A stretch of DNA of 39,964 nt from Octopus bimaculoides. Lineage: Eukaryota. The notes under the pieces were generated by a model, which made no database searches, was not told the origin of the DNA, and saw only the letters and a program-made list of their open reading frames with translations. The stretch is taken from positions 38,521,377 to 38,561,340 of the forward strand of contig NC_069001.1 of assembly GCF_001194135.2 (NCBI RefSeq), given 5' to 3'. The first letter of the stretch is position 1. Each line of letters starts with the position of its first letter. Below are positions 34,170 through 39,964 of this stretch, piece by piece. Both the position numbers and the translations under genes were made by a program.

Positions 34170-34990
34170 ACAGGGCGACACTGCTTGCCCAAACTTGCTA
34201 AAGGCAGATGGTGAGGGTGGGGGGGTCCACTTTAATGATGAACTCAGCCAATAGGTGGATTAGTGTTGCACGTGACAATAGGCTGTTTGATATCACCTCA
34301 AAGGTCAGCGATGATAAGACACTGCATGGGAGCAAGCAATAGTTTTGTTGCTCTGCGAGCATCTCAAGCAGTCCTGATAAGTGGCATTACCATACCTGGA
34401 GAGAACACCTTGAACCAGCAGTGGCCCTCCTCAACAAAGTAAGGCCAGGAATTTCTGGAAGCTCTCCATAATAGTCCTTGGCCTGAAAGTCCTCTGAAAC
34501 AGACCAAATAGTTCATCCTCACCAGCTTCATCACCACTTGTCCTCTAGATACTTCCATCGACAGCATTACTTAACTGGTTGAGAGTGATGGGTATCTGAG
34601 GAGAGATTCTAGGGGCCAGGGACCTTAATCTTGGCCATTATAATGACTTAGGACTGCAGTTCCATCACAGAGATGCACTGTGGAAAAACATGAAGAAGAA
34701 ATGGAGACCACGCCTGCTCATCCTCCAGGAAAGCCTGTGGCTGGCACAGTGTGATTGTTTGTGCATCAGCGACCACAGCATGGCAAACCTGCCTTTCAGA
34801 GAGGGATGCTGACAAGAGATGGACTGCCTGAACAATGGAAGCAGAACAGTTGATGCTCTGATCTGGACAAAATGGGGGACTGAAGATGAGCCCAATGGTG
34901 AGAAGTTGAGTCATTGAGCAGACAATGCAGACATCTGCATCTGCTGTCTTACCATGACCTTTCAGGGTTAACTGATTCCTGGGTGAGACT
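34170..34990 (+). mobile_element. Highly degenerate RTE-type LINE reverse transcriptase remnant
   Basis: Ordered motif remnants across frameshifts: PNLLKADGE, SGIT.IPG, TDQI(F)IL, HRDALWKNMKK, and an ADN/ADI remnant in the position of the FADD box. Confidence 0.5.
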
Positions 34991-36139
34991 TTGAGAAGAT
35001 CAAAGTGTAAAGACATTTTGCAAGGTCAACCATGTTGGATGATTTATTTAGAGACAAAAATTTTTTTAAAAATAAACAAATGAAAAATTATTTTCAAATC
35101 AGAGAAAAAAAAAAACAAAAAAAAAAGACCTGGGACGAGGTGGTGAAGCACGACCTTTGAATGTTGGGCCTCAAAGGGCTGATAATAAGTGACCGAGACC
35201 TTTGGTGATTTGCTGTGCTTGAGAGGACATGTGAAATCAAAGTTGTGGCCTGTGCCAGTGACACATAAGAGGCACATGGCACTTATATATATAAAAGGCA
35301 TCTACTACACTCTGTGGGGTGGTTGGCATTAGGAAGAGCATCCAGCTGTAGAAACCAAGCTCAAACTGGAGCCTGGTGCAGCTCTCCAGCTTGGCGTCTC
35401 TGGTCAAACTGTCCAACCCATGCCAGCATGGAAAACCGATGCTAAATGATGATGATGATGATATATATGTACACACAATCTTGTGGTATCTGCTTACATG
35501 CAAGTGGCCTGTACCTCCTTGTAATAGCTACTTAGAACAGTGAAACTCACCACCACCAGATAGTATTTCCTTACAGCCAGGTGGACTGAGTCACTGAAAG
35601 CCGAGTTGATCACAACCATCCAGAGTGCAGTAAACAGGATTTGAACTCTGCACCACCTCCTCCACCACTTCAGTTAAGTGTCCACTACTGACTCAGTAAC
35701 ATTCTACACACTGTCTATATATTTATAGGTGAGGGGAATGAGAAGAGGTAGTGGATGTTGTGATGTTCATCCAGTAAAAAGCAAAGTGGTGGATCAGTCT
35801 AACACATACACACACACACATTTTTATCTTTTACTTGTTTCAGTCATTAGATTGCAGCCATGCCGGGGCATTGCCTTGAAAACTTTTTGGTCAAATGAAT
35901 CAATCCTAGTACTTTTTTTTTTACTCTATTGGTCTCTTTGGTCGAACCACTAAGTCATGGGGATGTAAACACACCAACACTGGTTGTCAAGTGGTTGTGG
36001 GGGAGGGAACAGAGAGACAGATATGTATATACACGATAGGATTCTTTCAGTTTGTCTTTACCAAATCCACTCTCAGGGCTTTGGTTGGCCCAAGGCTATA
36101 ATATAAGAGACTTGCCCAAGGTGCCATGCAGATTCATAT

Positions 36140-36710
36140 TGAAAAAAGAGCTCAAGTTGAAATTCTTTGAAAAGAAGGATATTCTGAATGTCATATTGCT
36201 GGAGAACTAGACCTATTGAAAAATGGTGAGCGTCATTGCCTTAAACGACTTGGTGAAACCGGCTCAAATCTTGACAGAAAAAGATCCGGTAGGCCCAGAG
36301 TAACATCGACTGCAGAGGAAACGGAATAAAAGGAAAACAGGTACGTAACTAACCATTGAATTGAATTCTATGCGACAACATCCAGTATCTCTTACTATTG
36401 CTAAAAAAATGACTTCTTTCTGCTGTGCTTAAAGGCTGTGTGGCAGTTAAGAAAGGCAAATAAGTCGAAATGACTACATTGGGCAGAGCAGCACAAGAAT
36501 TGGTCATTAGAAGATTGCAAAGAACTATTATGGACTGACGAGGCTAAATTCAAACTTTTTGGAAGCAAACGAAGAGTGTTTGTCAGATGAACGTCTCTTG
36601 AACGAATGAGTAAAGTTGCATTGCTCCAGCTGTAAAATATGGTGGTGGATCTGTGATGATTTGGGGATGTTTTGGAGGATTGCAGGCAACACCCAGGGCC
36701 CTGCTTGCAA
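36140..36710 (+). mobile_element. Tc1-family transposase pseudogene fragment
   Basis: EKRAQVEIL*KEGYSECHIA...RLGETGSNLDRKRSGRPRVTSTAEE, then HKNWSLEDCKELLWTDEAKFKLFGSKRRVFVR and IAPAVKYGGGSVMIWGCF, with stops and frameshifts. Confidence 0.88.
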
Positions 36711-38507
36711 GAATTTGGGTCGATTATGCCAATCCTAATGTTTGTTTTAGTGTGGACCTTATTTCAACTTACTGTATTTAGCAAATCATTAGGAGCATGT
36801 TTTTCACATAAAGGAGCAAGGGAACAACAACAGGGGCCACAAAAGAGAAAGAATAATGTTCCTATATTTGAGAGAGGCCCTGCACTAACCCTTACTTCTA
36901 GTTTTTCTTCCCCTGAGTATTATCCTTTTCAAAATTTCTTCCCTGGCCTCATGTGTATAGGGAAAACTGAAGCCTGGGGGTTCCTGTGAATGACAAGGGC
37001 AATGCTTCTTCTTCCAACCCCTAACCCTTACCCCCAGTTCAATCTCCCCTGCGTATCATCCCCCCCCCCCTCACCATGTGTTTCCTGCAAATGTTCAAGA
37101 GGGTTATCCCCTGCATTAACCCCCTTTTGCTACAAAGTCCCTCTCAAAAACCTCTTCCTTCACACCAGTCATAAAAGACCTCCATTACTTAATTAGTTGC
37201 CAAAACTAAATGACTAATTAGATTATAAGATAGCAGGTTGATTTGATTACAGTTNNNNNNNNNNNNNNNNNNNNNNNNNNNNNNNNNNNNNNNNNNNNNN
37301 NNNNNNNNNNNNNNNNNNNNNNNNNNNNNNNNNNNNNNNNNNNNNNNNNNNNNNNNNNNNNNNNNNNNNNNNNNNNNNNNNNNNNNNNNNNNNNNNNNNN
37401 NNNNNNNNNNNNNNNNNNNNNNNNNNNNNNNNNNNNNNNNNNNNNNNNNNNNNNNNNNNNNNNNNNNNNNNNNNNNNNNNNNNNNNNNNNNNNNNNNNNN
37501 NNNNNNNNNNNNNNNNNNNNNNNNNNNNNNNNNNNNNNNNNNNNNNNNNNNNNNNNNNNNNNNNNNNNNNNNNNNNNNNNNNNNNNNNNNNNNNNNNNNN
37601 NNNNNNNNNNNNNNNNNNNNNNNNNNNNNNNNNNNNNNNNNNNNNNNNNNNNNNNNNNNNNNNNNNNNNNNNNNNNNNNNNNNNNNNNNNNNNNNNNNNN
37701 NNNNNNNNNNNNNNNNNNNNNNNNNNNNNNNNNNNNNNNNNNNNNNNNNNNNNNNNNNNNNNNNNNNNNNNNNNNNNNNNNNNNNNNNNNNNNNNNNNNN
37801 NNNNNNNNNNNNNNNNNNNNNNNNNNNNNNNNNNNNNNNNNNNNNNNNNNNNNNNNNNNNNNNNNNNNNNNNNNNNNNNNNNNNNNNNNNNNNNNNNNNN
37901 NNNNNNNTAAACATGACCTTTGTCTTCCCTCACACCTTTTATTGTTAGCAGTTTAAATAAAGTGAACCATTATTTAGCCCTAGGTTAGCAACCATCTGGC
38001 AGACATATGATCATCCCTTATAAGTCCCACATTTCTTTTAAAGGCAGAGGGATGTGATTTGAAAGAGTTTAGCTGCTATTTCTAGCAGACCAAAGATAGA
38101 CTTCCTGGCAGGGCTGCAAGAATAGAGAAGAGAGTAGGGGGGGGGAATTAAGAAGGATTTTAGTAGTAGTAGTATGAGAGTGGATGAATAGGTTCCCTTC
38201 ATTACTACATGGTTCCAGGTTCAATCCCAGCGCATGGGACCTTGGGAAATTATGCTTGGGACAACTAAAACCTTCACAGTGATGATCAATAATAAACAGA
38301 AATTGTGCTGAAGGCTGTGCTCTGTGTGTGTGTGTGAGCATATATATATATATATATTTGAAAGGGTTAAACGAATGTGCACATACACCAGAAAAAACTT
38401 TTTCCAAAACAAGGGGTTAGCAACATCCTCATAAAAGATTTCATAACATTTTTTTAAAAAATCACCTCACTTCAAAAAGTGCATTAAGTAATTCTCATAG
38501 ACTTTCA

Positions 38508-38539
<32 letters not shown>

Positions 38540-39964
38540 ATATATAATCATTTTCTACTCTAGACACATGGCCAGAAATTTTGGGGACATTTTCAAAGAC
38601 AGTTCCAGTGAATGGCTGAGTCCTCAACCAGCCATGCGATGAATGAAGACATCACAAACGGGTCTTTTATGATGAGGAGAGGATAGTTCACACTTGGTAA
38701 GAAATGGTGGGGAAATCATGTAATCATATGACACCCACCCCAACATCATGTGGTCTCCTGTTTCTCCTTATTTGGGGCTCCATACATGAATGCAGCATTG
38801 GGCAATATTAGGAGGTGAACTGACCAGTGGCTTTACAGTGTCAAAAGTTCTTTGGAGACTCCCATTGTGACATGAGAAGGAATCATCTGGTCCTGCTGTC
38901 TCGTCACTTCTATGCTTATGCTGGGGCTGAGGGCAGTTTTAGTTGAGAGGCCATGTTTTAGTCTATTTAATTAAACATGTTTTAGTCTATTTAATTAAAC
39001 ATGGGGACTAATTTTCTAAAAACGTGCTCTTTGCGTTGTCATCCTCAAAAGTGATTTTCTATTTAATGTCAGTTTGACCGAGTATTTTGCTGTATCAAGT
39101 ATTAGCTACATGCTGTATACACAAAGATAAGTCATAAATTTTTAACCAGAAAATGGTTACAGAAAATGCCATGTGATTTAGCTGTTAAATATTGCTCTGA
39201 GTTTGACATTTGTAGCACACACTAACACACAGATATACATGCATATACTGACCCCCCCCCGCAACACGTAGATGAGGGGGGAAATGAGAAGTATATGAGG
39301 GAGAGGGTGAGGTGACAGGAGGAGAGGAAGATGTGAGATACAAAGGAAAAGAAAGAGAACAGAGAAAAGAGGAAGATATGAAAGCGAGGGAGAGAGATGA
39401 GAAAAAGAGTAAGATATGGAAGAGAGTGAGGGAGAGAGGTAGGTGTAAAGAGATAAAGGGAGGGAGAGAGGAAGCGGTAGTTATGAAAAAGAGAGTGGGA
39501 GCATGTAACGAAGATGTGTAGAGAAACGAAAATTTGTAATTCAAATAATTGTAAAGAGATAAAGTGAAAAAAAGAAACGATAGTGAAAAGAAAGTGGTTT
39601 CGTAATGGTTTCTATTTTTCAAAGAGAATCAAAGCTAAGTGGTCGCTATAATAAAAGTTGGGATCTTTTCCTTTTGGCCAGCACATAGGAAAAATAATTT
39701 TTTGTAACTAAACACTTTCAAATTTCGTATACTGGTAGAATGTGTCATTTAAAACATTTACTCTTGGCGTTTTTAAGAAAATTTTTTATTTTCGAAGTTA
39801 TTTCGTGTTAAAGTTGTCGTATTTCGGTAATTTCAACCAATCAATGACGTCTATTGAGGTGAATAAAATTACTGCCGTTGTTTGTCAAAAACAACTATCG
39901 GCGGTGTATATTTCGTTTATCACTGTTATGACATCGTTCGTGCGTTTGTACTGGTTTTGGTTTT

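Noticed and set aside
38580-38940. Possible LINE 3' remnant or exon on the minus strand
   Set aside because: Only a vague CCIHVWSP resemblance, interrupted by stops; not supportable.

Overview
AT-rich, microsatellite- and SINE-dense eukaryotic DNA with six N gaps. The repeat families look like octopus/coleoid cephalopod, which is an inference from recognition and not a database result. Three spliced genes were reconstructed by hand from GT/AG sites and phase continuity. (1) A + strand GAPR-1/GLIPR2-like gene with two CAP/SCP domains, exons 1414-7429; its 5' end was not found, and one exon is probably hidden in the gap at 2787-3566. (2) A complete four-exon + strand MTRES1/C6orf203-like mitochondrial S4-like protein, 9599-14320, 264 aa. 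(3) The last two coding exons of a - strand taperin/phostensin-like PP1-docking protein, 29316-29553 and 20966-21162. Mobile-element remnants include Penelope-like elements, an R4/Dong-like fragment, RTE-type LINEs, Tc1/mariner elements and several SINE families. The most notable observations are an invertebrate taperin-like gene, four minimal type I hammerhead-ribozyme motifs (one with an intact core, in a sense-strand intron), young long inverted repeats inside introns, and a second CAP domain that has lost its conserved tetrad. No CRISPR array, rRNA gene or intact tRNA gene was seen.
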